A stretch of DNA of 64,000 bases, from assembly GCA_040754075.1 (NCBI GenBank), contig JBFMDH010000001.1, forward strand, positions 166,262-230,261. The letters run 5' to 3'. The notes under the pieces were generated by a model. It had not been told where the DNA came from, did not search any database, and worked only from the letters and a program-made list of their open reading frames with translations. This document shows, piece after piece, positions 56,644-64,000 of this stretch. Every line of letters begins with the position of its first letter. The stretch's first letter is position 1. The position numbers were made by a program, and so were the translations under genes. The stretch comes from Acidobacteriota bacterium. GTDB taxonomy: Bacteria > Acidobacteriota > Blastocatellia > UBA7656.

Positions 56644-58950
56644 ATGCCGAGTTTTCGTTTTCCAATTTTAATCTGGGAAGACCACGAAGGATATTTTACC
56701 GCGTGTCCGGTCGAGGGTTTTTATAACACTTTTGCGGGAATAGGTCGCAGTGCCAGTGAAGCGGTTTTTCAATTGAAAGAATTTCTCGCTTATCACTACG
56801 AGAAAAACCCCTGGGCAGCGCCGCCCGATTTTCACGACGCCAAACTCATCGAATTTCGCGCTGATGTGCGCCCGGAATATCGCATTGAAGAAATTGTCGG
56901 CGACCGCAAACAAAAAAATATTTACCCGACCGAAGAAACCCTCGCCTTGCGTTTTGCCTGTGTACACGGCAAACAGCAAGCCGGATTGCTCATCTGTGTG
57001 CTGCCGCTTTTCGGCATACAATTTTATTACTACGATGAAAAGAAACTGAAAGAACTGGCGGTCACCTATGTGCAGGAGAGTTTCAAAGGTCTTGCCCCAC
57101 AACAACTCACAAGATTCTTACCGCCTAAAAATTATCGACTTGATGAAATCGTCATCAATGTTTCACGCAAAGAAACCAGATACGAATACCAACCCTCGCT
57201 TGACACCTTGAACGAAATTGCCGAACCCCTCGGCGACAAACGATTGCGCAGACAATTTTCCGCCGCCTGGGAGCGTGACACGGAAGTTAGAGACCTCGCC
57301 CAGCGCATCGGCAAAGAGAAAGCCAACGTCATCATCGTCGGCGACAGCGGCATCGGTAAAACCACTTTGCTGGTGAACGCGGTGCGTGAAGTTGAACAGC
57401 ATATGATTGCGGGCGATGACGAAGAAAACGCCGGGCGCAAAGCCAGACACCGATTTTATTTGACCAGCGGCGCGCGCATCATCGCAGGGATGCGCTATCT
57501 CGGTCAGTGGGAAGAGCGGGTTGAATCGCTCATTGATGAGCTTGCGGAAATCAATGGCGTGTTATGCGTCGGCAGCATTTTGGACTTAATCCTTGCAGGC
57601 GGTGAAGTGAGCGCCAGCATCGCGGCATTTTTACAGCCCTTTCTGCAACGCGGCGAATTGCAACTCGTAGGCGAAGCGACGCCCACCGAACTCGATGCCT
57701 GCCGAAGATTATTGCCGGGATTTGCCAGCCTGTTTCAAATTCTCAATCTGCAACCGTTCAATCGCGCCCAGGCGATTGCGATTTTGCAACGCGCTTCGGA
57801 AACTTATCAGCGCAATTATCGCATTGAGGCGGCAAGCATCCTGCCGGAACTCGTCTATCGTTTGTTCAATCGCTTCTCGCCTTATCAGGCATTCCCCGGA
57901 AAAGCCATTGCCTTTCTGCATTCGGCATTTGAACGCGCCGAACTTGAACATAAAACGGCAATCACCGGCGAAGACCTGATTCAAAAGTTTGTGCGGCAGA
58001 CCGGACTCCCCGAACTTTTTTTACGCGATGAATTGCCGCTCAACCAGTATGACATCGTTGAATTTTTTGAACAGCAGGTCATCGGGCAACGCGCCGCCTG
58101 TGAAGTTGCGGCAAATCTGGTGACTACATTCAAAGCCGGGTTGAACGACCCGCAACGCCCGATTGGGGTGTTGCTGTTTTGCGGGCCGACCGGGGTTGGC
58201 AAAACCCAACTCGCAAAAGCGATTTCGGAATACCTGTTCGGACAAGGCGAAGAACGCAACCGCTTAATCCGGCTCGATATGAGCGAATATGGCGATTTCG
58301 GCGCGGCAGAACGTTTGATTACCAAGCCCAATGGCGAGCCGAGCGATTTGATTCAGCGGGTACGCCAGCAACCATTCGTTGTGGTGTTGTTCGATGAAAT
58401 CGAAAAAGCCGACGTAGCGGTTTTCGATGCGTTGCTCAGTGTTTTCGATGAAGGGCGCATCACCGACCGTTACGGGCGAACCACTTCATTTCGCAGCGCC
58501 ATCATTATCGCGACGTCGAACATCGGCGCAGATAAAACCGCGAGCATCGGATTCGATGGTCACAATGTGCGCGGTTTTGCCGCGGAGGTGATGACTTTCT
58601 TTCGCCCGGAATTTTTTAATCGCCTGGATGCGGTTGTCGGTTTTCGCGCGCTCGACGAAGAAGCGATTCTCAACGTAACGCGCAAAGAATTAGCTGAGAT
58701 TGCCAAACGCGAAGGGATAAACGCCTCGAATACCAGATTAATTTGGACAGAACGATTAATTGAATATATGGCGAAAGCCGGTTATGACGCGCGATATGGC
58801 GCGCGCCCTTTGCAACGCACCATTGAACAGATGATCGTTGCGCCGCTTTCGCGATTCCTGCTTGAACACCTGATGAGCAAAGGCAAAACCATTCAAGCCG
58901 ATTTCCTCAATGGCGAAATCCGTTTTTCAACTACGGAACATACGGAATAG
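56644..58950 (+). CDS. atypical ClpA/ClpC-like double-AAA+ ATPase with novel N-domain, no C-terminal extension (paralogue 3)
   Basis: 768 aa.
- NBD1: GDSGIGKT; Walker B position reads GVLCVGSILDL.
- NBD2: GPTGVGKT, VLFDEIEKAD, TSNIG, GARPLQRTIEQ.
- IGF at aa 635-637. Confidence 0.85.
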   Translation: MPSFRFPILIWEDHEGYFTACPVEGFYNTFAGIGRSASEAVFQLKEFLAYHYEKNPWAAPPDFHDAKLIEFRADVRPEYRIEEIVGDRKQKNIYPTEETLALRFACVHGKQQAGLLICVLPLFGIQFYYYDEKKLKELAVTYVQESFKGLAPQQLTRFLPPKNYRLDEIVINVSRKETRYEYQPSLDTLNEIAEPLGDKRLRRQFSAAWERDTEVRDLAQRIGKEKANVIIVGDSGIGKTTLLVNAVREVEQHMIAGDDEENAGRKARHRFYLTSGARIIAGMRYLGQWEERVESLIDELAEINGVLCVGSILDLILAGGEVSASIAAFLQPFLQRGELQLVGEATPTELDACRRLLPGFASLFQILNLQPFNRAQAIAILQRASETYQRNYRIEAASILPELVYRLFNRFSPYQAFPGKAIAFLHSAFERAELEHKTAITGEDLIQKFVRQTGLPELFLRDELPLNQYDIVEFFEQQVIGQRAACEVAANLVTTFKAGLNDPQRPIGVLLFCGPTGVGKTQLAKAISEYLFGQGEERNRLIRLDMSEYGDFGAAERLITKPNGEPSDLIQRVRQQPFVVVLFDEIEKADVAVFDALLSVFDEGRITDRYGRTTSFRSAIIIATSNIGADKTASIGFDGHNVRGFAAEVMTFFRPEFFNRLDAVVGFRALDEEAILNVTRKELAEIAKREGINASNTRLIWTERLIEYMAKAGYDARYGARPLQRTIEQMIVAPLSRFLLEHLMSKGKTIQADFLNGEIRFSTTEHTE

Positions 58951-59094
58951 AGAGCACGGAACAACCGGAAGGATATTTATCAAATCAAGTTCCGGCACAT
59001 CTTCTTTTTAACGATTACCAGCGATGAGTAAAACAATTTCCAATCTTCATTTGATTTTTTTTCGTTTGTTCCGTTATTTCCGTTTGTTCCGTAC
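58931..59094. repeat. inverted ACGGAAC/GTTCCGT-rich short-period arrays after AAA+ paralogue 3 (overlaps its stop codon)
   Basis: ctacggaacatacggaatagagagcacggaacaaccggaagg (58931-58972) and ttcgtttgttccgttatttccgtttgttccgtac (59060-59094). The period is looser (7-10 nt). Confidence 0.65.
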
Positions 59095-59163
59095 TCCTGG
59101 TTTTAATATTTCTGTTGCAGTTTGCGTTGTGCTCATCATTGGTTTGAAGGGAAAATAGTTGCT

Positions 59164-60423
59164 ATGGATAAATTCAGAATTATCGGTGGGCGTCCGCTTG
59201 AAGGTCGCGTGGCAATCAGCGGGGCGAAAAATTCGGCGTTGCCGTGTATGGCTGCGGCTCTGCTCACGGCTGAAAATGTCACGCTTCATAATCTGCCGTA
59301 TGTGCGCGACATCATCACCATGCGGCGATTGCTCGAAGATTTAGGGTGCACGGCATTGATGCCCGAACTGCGCACCCTGAAAATCAATGCCTCAAAGGTC
59401 GAACTCTTTGAAGCGCCTTATGAACTGGTGAAAACCATGCGCGCATCGGTGCTGGCGTTGGGTCCACTGCTGGCGCGATTTGGCGAAGCGCGGGTGAGTT
59501 TGCCCGGTGGTTGCGCGATTGGACAACGCCCGATTGATTTGCATCTCGCGGGCTTTGAAAAACTCGGCGCAGTCGTATCGCTCGAAGGCGGCGACGTGGT
59601 GGCGCGCGCTGAAAGGCTTCGCGGCGCAGAAATTGATTTTGATACGGTGACCGTCACCGGCACGGAAAATTTAATGATGGCGGCGGCGCTCGCCGAAGGC
59701 GAAACCATTTTAAACAATGCAGCGCGTGAGCCTGAGATCGTTGACCTCGCGGAACTCCTGAACAAAATGGGCGCGCGTATCGAAGGCGCGGGTCGCAGTT
59801 CGATGCGCATTCAAGGCGTGAAAACTTTGGGCGGCGCGGAACACACGATTATTCCCGATAGAATCGAAGCCGGTACATTTATCGCAGCGGCGGCGATAAC
59901 CGGCGGCGAACTCGAAATCACCAACTGCAATCCGCAACACATTCACGCCGTCATCTATAAATTGCGCGATACCGGCGTCGTCATCGAAGAAACCAATGCC
60001 TTTTCGCTGAGAGTCAAAGCAGCTCAGCTTTTGCGACATTCGGATGTGACGACGCTGGCGCACCCCGGTTTTCCAACCGACATGCAGGCGCAGTACATGG
60101 CATTGATGACGCTTGCAGAAGGGACGAGTGTGATTACCGAAACCATTTTTGAAAATCGCTTTATGCATGCGTCGGAGTTACTCAGAATGGGCGCGAAGAT
60201 TAAAATCAGCGGGCGGCAGGCGATTGTCGAAGGCAACGAAAAATTGACGGGCGCGAAAATGCAGGCGTCGGATTTGCGGGCGTCGGCGTCATTGGTGATT
60301 GCCGCGCTTGCGGCAGAAGGCGAATCCATCATTGACCGCGTCTATCACATCGACCGGGGCTATGAAAAAATCGAAGAGAAATTACGCGCTGTCGGCGGAC
60401 GAATCGAACGCTTCAGGAGTTAG
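59164..60423 (+). CDS. murA: UDP-N-acetylglucosamine 1-carboxyvinyltransferase
   Basis: MDKFRIIGGRPLEGRVAISGAKNSALP. PGGCAIGQRPIDLH (active-site Cys loop). Start at the ATG at 59164. Confidence 0.95.
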   Translation: MDKFRIIGGRPLEGRVAISGAKNSALPCMAAALLTAENVTLHNLPYVRDIITMRRLLEDLGCTALMPELRTLKINASKVELFEAPYELVKTMRASVLALGPLLARFGEARVSLPGGCAIGQRPIDLHLAGFEKLGAVVSLEGGDVVARAERLRGAEIDFDTVTVTGTENLMMAAALAEGETILNNAAREPEIVDLAELLNKMGARIEGAGRSSMRIQGVKTLGGAEHTIIPDRIEAGTFIAAAAITGGELEITNCNPQHIHAVIYKLRDTGVVIEETNAFSLRVKAAQLLRHSDVTTLAHPGFPTDMQAQYMALMTLAEGTSVITETIFENRFMHASELLRMGAKIKISGRQAIVEGNEKLTGAKMQASDLRASASLVIAALAAEGESIIDRVYHIDRGYEKIEEKLRAVGGRIERFRS

Positions 60424-60429
60424 AAAAAT

Positions 60430-60545
60430 AGTCGGCAACCGGCAACAGGCGATAGGCAGTTAAAACGCCAAATAAATCCTTTTCCTTTGAAAAATCTTTA
60501 TAAACTGAATTTTTACTGTCTGCTGTCTACTGCCTACTGCCTACT
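60430..60545. repeat. inverted GGCA/CTGCCTA-type heptamer arrays after murA (same family as 1658-2152)
   Basis: agtcggcaaccggcaacaggcgataggcag (60430-60459) ... ctgtctgctgtctactgcctactgcctact (60516-60545) followed by tttgttt. ctactgcctactgcctact is identical to 2134-2152. Confidence 0.75.
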
Positions 60546-60601
60546 TTTGTTTGACTGTACAAAGGTTCGTGTTTGATAATCGTCGCGAGGGATAATTACG
60601 A

Positions 60602-60955
60602 ATGGCAGAACAAGACACTATATTTCACAAAATCATCACAGGCGATGCGCCAGCGCAAATTGTTTACGAAGACGAAGAAGTTGTCGCTTTTAAAGACGTC
60701 AATCCGCAAGCCCCCGTGCATATTATTTTGATTCCACGCAATACTGACCCGGAATCGCTCAATGATGTTTCGCGAGCTGACGAGCGAGTTTTGGGGCACT
60801 TGTTATTTGCCGCCGCCAAAGTCGCCAATAAAGAAGGTATTGCCGAAAGCGGTTATCGTGTGGTCATCAACACAGGCGCGGCTGCCGGTCAAAGCGTTGA
60901 TTATTTGCACGTTCATTTACTGGGTGGGCGCGATATGACCTGGCCTCCGGGCTAA
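60602..60955 (+). CDS. HIT family (HinT-like) nucleotide hydrolase
   Basis: 117 aa. IFHKIITGDAPAQIVYEDEEVVAFKDVNPQAPVH and the histidine triad HVHLLGG. Confidence 0.9.
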   Translation: MAEQDTIFHKIITGDAPAQIVYEDEEVVAFKDVNPQAPVHIILIPRNTDPESLNDVSRADERVLGHLLFAAAKVANKEGIAESGYRVVINTGAAAGQSVDYLHVHLLGGRDMTWPPG

Positions 60956-60979
60956 AATTTCTGCACTACAAATGCAAAT

Positions 60980-61017
60980 AAAAAAGCGGGGAATCATCAC
61001 CAGTCCCCGCTTTTTTT
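60980..61017. terminator. bidirectional rho-independent terminator between convergent HIT and M28 genes
   Basis: A-run, agcgggga (60985-60992), 11 nt loop, tccccgct (61004-61011), then ttttttt. Confidence 0.8.
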
Positions 61018-61082
61018 ATTTGTGGCGGTCGCCAAATGATTTGTTGGGTTAAACGGTCGGTTGATGCGCAACCTGTCACGCG

Positions 61083-61129
61083 GTCAAAGACCGCTTTCTC
61101 AACAATCAGTTAAAGACCGCTTTCTCAAT
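61083..61129. repeat. two direct copies of the 21-mer gt(c/t)aaagaccgctttctcaa(c/t), 26 bp apart
   Basis: 61083-61103 and 61109-61129. The reverse complement gttgagaaagcggtctttgac differs at one position from 28177-28197. Confidence 0.75.
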
Positions 61130-61148
61130 AATGAGTTTTCCGGTGGTT

Positions 61149-62840
61149 TTACAATTTGCCTGAACTACCTTTGCCGACGCGCGGCCCTTTGTTGTCACGC
61201 ATCGGAGCTTTATCGTTGTTGGCAACCATCCTGCCGATTTCATAGGCGTACTGCGCAATGTTTGCCATCTTTTCATACTCGATTTTTTCAGGCGCATCGG
61301 TATTGGCATGATAATCGGGATGCAACCCCGTAGTTAAAAAGATAATCGGCACGCCTTTTGCCGCGTAGCTGTAATGGTCGCTGCGATAATAAATCTGTTC
61401 AGGGTCAGCCGGGTCATTGAATTCATAATTCAAATTGAGCGGTTTGCTTAACGCTTTGTTGGCATCAACCGTGAGGTTGTGAAACTGCGTGCTGATGCGG
61501 TCGGAACCGACACAGTAGACCGTACTCGTTTCTTCGGATTTGTTATCGCGGTTGCGACCAATCATATCGATGTTGACCTGGGCGACGATTTTTTCAACCG
61601 GCACAGTCGGAAAATCAACATAGTAACGCGAACCCCATAAGCCTTTCTCTTCGCCACTGTGCCAAACGAAAATCACCGAGCGTTTCGGTTTCGCGGTCGT
61701 TGCAAACGCTTTGGCAACGCCGAGAATGCCGACGGTTCCCGAACCATCATCATCCGCGCCATTCCAGATGCGGTCTGCGCCAGCGCCTTCCGTAATGCGC
61801 CCCTGACCTCTGGCTAAGCGCGCGCCTTTTTCAGTCTGTTTGATTTCGGCTTCCGAATAACCGACGTGGTCATAATGCGCGCCGAAAGCCACATAGGTAT
61901 CTTTCAATTTCGCATCTGTGCCTTCGATAATGCCGACCACGTTGCGCGTGTACTGGGTGCGCACGATGCGATAATCGGCATCGAGGTTGAAGGTGAATTT
62001 GACATTTTTCAAAGTGAAACTCGGCAGCGGTTCGCCTTTTGCGGCTTTGTCTTTGAGGTCGGCATATTTCACATCTGCGGCGCTCAGTAAAAATTCATAG
62101 AACTCATCGTTTACCGAAACCGCTGGCGGGACGGGTTTATCGAGTTTTTCGGCAATCGTGAAATCCGGCGCGTCAGGATTCGCCTGGGCATTTTGCGGCG
62201 CTTGACCGCCGCCCGGAAAATTACCCTGCACGCCGATACTGGCAATCGCGCCCTGAGTGATGGCTTCGCGCGAACGCCCGAATAACACGCGCCTTGCCGA
62301 ACCGGTCATGGCTTTCGGTCCGGTTTGACTCATCCACACGGCAACTTTGCCGCGCAAATCTTTACCGGCGAAATCATTGTACGAAGTGTTCGGCGCGTTG
62401 ATGCCGTAACCGATGAATTCAATCTGGTCTGCGGTGAAGGTGCGTTTGCCACCGACATTCGCGGGAAAGTTAATGCCTTCTTTATTTTTGAAAGTGCGCG
62501 ACTCGCCGTTCACTTCAACGGTGAGGGTGGATTGGTTATCGCTTTTGACGCCGAGCACCGCGACCCGTTGATAATAAGAGCCGTTGGTGCCGCCGGGTTT
62601 GACGCCCCAGGATTTGAGTTGCCCGGCGATGTAGGCGGCAGCAATGCCGAGTCCTTCGCTGAAGGTGTTACGACCTTCGAGTTCGTCTGATGCGAGATAG
62701 CCGAGCCATTCTTTCAAATCGTCAGCTTTTACGGTGCCGCGACCATTGGCGCTATTTTTATCCGCTGCGGTTGAAAAAGCGAGCGACGAAATTAAAGCCA
62801 GTAACACGAATGTCGCCGCAAATTTATTGATGCGATTCAT
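61149..62840 (-). CDS. secreted M28 family aminopeptidase with PA domain
   Basis: 563 aa with signal peptide. GADDDGSGTVGILGVAKAF and WHSGEEKGLWGS metal-ligand motifs. Confidence 0.88.
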   Translation of the reverse strand: MNRINKFAATFVLLALISSLAFSTAADKNSANGRGTVKADDLKEWLGYLASDELEGRNTFSEGLGIAAAYIAGQLKSWGVKPGGTNGSYYQRVAVLGVKSDNQSTLTVEVNGESRTFKNKEGINFPANVGGKRTFTADQIEFIGYGINAPNTSYNDFAGKDLRGKVAVWMSQTGPKAMTGSARRVLFGRSREAITQGAIASIGVQGNFPGGGQAPQNAQANPDAPDFTIAEKLDKPVPPAVSVNDEFYEFLLSAADVKYADLKDKAAKGEPLPSFTLKNVKFTFNLDADYRIVRTQYTRNVVGIIEGTDAKLKDTYVAFGAHYDHVGYSEAEIKQTEKGARLARGQGRITEGAGADRIWNGADDDGSGTVGILGVAKAFATTAKPKRSVIFVWHSGEEKGLWGSRYYVDFPTVPVEKIVAQVNIDMIGRNRDNKSEETSTVYCVGSDRISTQFHNLTVDANKALSKPLNLNYEFNDPADPEQIYYRSDHYSYAAKGVPIIFLTTGLHPDYHANTDAPEKIEYEKMANIAQYAYEIGRMVANNDKAPMRDNKGPRVGKGSSGKL

Positions 62841-63089
62841 AGATTCTCCTTAGCAAAAAGATGCGCGATGCCAGATGATTGTCTTAGAAGATGCAAATCA
62901 GAAGACTTCAAATGATTGCCGTTACCTTCCTGATTCCTGACATCTATGCGATTACAGCCAGCTTTTAATGATTGCAGTAAACAGCTTGTACGCTGACAGA
63001 AGGCATAAGGATACAAAAAATCTTGAATGCGGCACAATCATTCGCTCGTTGAATAAACCCTGCAAGTTGGTTATGCTGCACGCCACCAA

Positions 63090-64000
63090 ATGGCACAGCA
63101 CGACGAGGAAAAATTATCCGCTGAGTTTCGCAACGCCGAAGAGCGCATCGCAGCCCGCAGCGATGTCTTCAAAAAAGAGCTTGGGCTATGGGATTTGGTG
63201 TTAACTCAGATTCTTTTCATTGTCGGACTCGGTTGGGTTGGCGCGGCGGCAAAACTCGGTCACGCCCATGTGCTGTTGTGGCTCACCGCCATTGCCCTTT
63301 TTTATATTCCTTCGGCAATCGTGGTGATTCATCTCAATAAACTGATGCCGCTGGAAGGCGGTTTATATCAGTGGGCGAAATTCGGCTTCAATGAATTCGT
63401 CGGCTTTCTGGTCGCCTGGAATCTCTGGCTCTATGTGATTTTATTGACTTCGGAAATCGGTCTGCAATTTGCCACCAATCTCTCATATGCAACCGGCGCG
63501 AAATGGATGGCGGGCAGCAAATGGTTTATTACCGCTGCCAGTATTTTCGTCATTGCGACGCTGACTTTGGTTTCAATCCTCGGACTTGGCGTCGGTAAAT
63601 GGGTGCATAATGCGGGCGGTGTGATGATGATTATTATATTTGCGGCGCTCATCGCTTTGCCGTTTTTGAATGTCGCGAAAGGGACGATTCCTGCTTATAA
63701 CCCGCTGGAAATCAGCATCCCGGCAGTGACGCTACTCAATTTAAATATTTTGGGCAAGATGGGATTTGGCGCGCTCGGCGGCTTCGAGTATATGGCGACC
63801 TTTGCGGGCGAATGTCGCGACCCGGTGCGCAGCATCAATCGTTCGGTCATCATTGCTGCGCCGATCATCGCCGTGATGTTTATTCTGGGAACGAGTTCGA
63901 TGTTGGCTTTGATTCCGATTGATGAGATTGATTTGATTGGTCCGATTCCGCAGGCATTAAGCATCGGTTTTCAACCCTTCGGCATTGCAGTGCGTGTAGT
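63090..64000 (+). CDS. APC superfamily amino acid permease (5' partial; runs off the window)
   Basis: This reading frame is not in the supplied track. It is open from the ATG at 63090 (stop at 63054 upstream) to the window end. It reads MAQHDEEKLSAEFRNAEERIAARSDVFKKELGLWDLVLTQILFIVGLGWVG...MPLEGGLYQWAKFGFNEFVGFLVAWNLW, a typical APC pattern with many TM segments. Confidence 0.75.
   Translation, partial: MAQHDEEKLSAEFRNAEERIAARSDVFKKELGLWDLVLTQILFIVGLGWVGAAAKLGHAHVLLWLTAIALFYIPSAIVVIHLNKLMPLEGGLYQWAKFGFNEFVGFLVAWNLWLYVILLTSEIGLQFATNLSYATGAKWMAGSKWFITAASIFVIATLTLVSILGLGVGKWVHNAGGVMMIIIFAALIALPFLNVAKGTIPAYNPLEISIPAVTLLNLNILGKMGFGALGGFEYMATFAGECRDPVRSINRSVIIAAPIIAVMFILGTSSMLALIPIDEIDLIGPIPQALSIGFQPFGIAVRV

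Noticed and set aside
49092-58950. Annotating the three AAA+ genes simply as ClpB chaperones
   Set aside because: They lack the Clp_N domain and the long coiled-coil M-domain that define ClpB. They carry a ClpA/ClpC-type (L/I)GF loop that ClpB lacks and have degenerate NBD1 Walker B motifs.
1658-60545. Heptamer arrays as CRISPR arrays
   Set aside because: The repeat period is only ~7 nt with no unique spacers, arrays are 20-50 nt long, and no cas genes are present. They are tandem microsatellite-like arrays, not CRISPR.
1-64000. tRNA, rRNA or tmRNA genes
   Set aside because: I scanned the intergenic regions by eye for T-loop-like GGTTCGAATCC-type motifs and rRNA-like segments and found none. 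A tRNAscan-SE or Infernal run would be needed to be certain.

Overview
This is a 64 kb chromosomal segment, most likely from an Acidobacteriota genome. The main clue is three tandem secreted VWA proteins of the acidobacterial type ending in HRRGY(F/Y)A; base composition looks mid-range by eye. All calls come from reading the ORF translations and the DNA by eye, with no searches or computations run.

About 55 genes are supportable.
- **Housekeeping:** lysC, asd and an M20 DapE/ArgE-like hydrolase; nuoA-nuoB followed by a MidA/NDUFAF7-like methyltransferase; malQ, lpxC, serS, pgeF; purB-purS-purQ-purL; murA; a HIT protein; several peptidases (M16, M20, M28, M50); and a partial APC permease running off the 3' end.
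- **Accessory:** two Rpn/DUF4351 nuclease paralogues, each broken by one in-frame TAG; a frameshifted HNH endonuclease; three toxin-antitoxin-like pairs, two of them wedged into the pur operon; an AT-rich GIY-YIG cassette; and a four-helix-bundle (IVS-type) gene cassette.

**Most unusual locus, 49092-58950.** It holds three tandem paralogous ClpA/ClpC-like double-AAA+ proteins.
- None has a Clp_N domain. Each instead starts with a tandem HicB-like N-terminal region.
- In NBD1, Walker A is intact but Walker B is degenerate.
- Each carries an (L/I)GF tripeptide at the position of the ClpA/ClpC ClpP-docking loop.
- The two longest proteins end in a roughly 320 aa module that aligns motif by motif with bacterial class-I release factor domains 1, 2 and 4. 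The GGQ catalytic domain is missing.
- I do not recognise this architecture as a described system.

**Second pervasive feature.** At least eleven short-period (mostly 7 nt) tandem-repeat arrays occur, usually as inverted pairs. Every one begins within about 10 nt of a stop codon, and two pairs bracket small cargo genes.

No rRNA, tRNA or CRISPR array was recognised.
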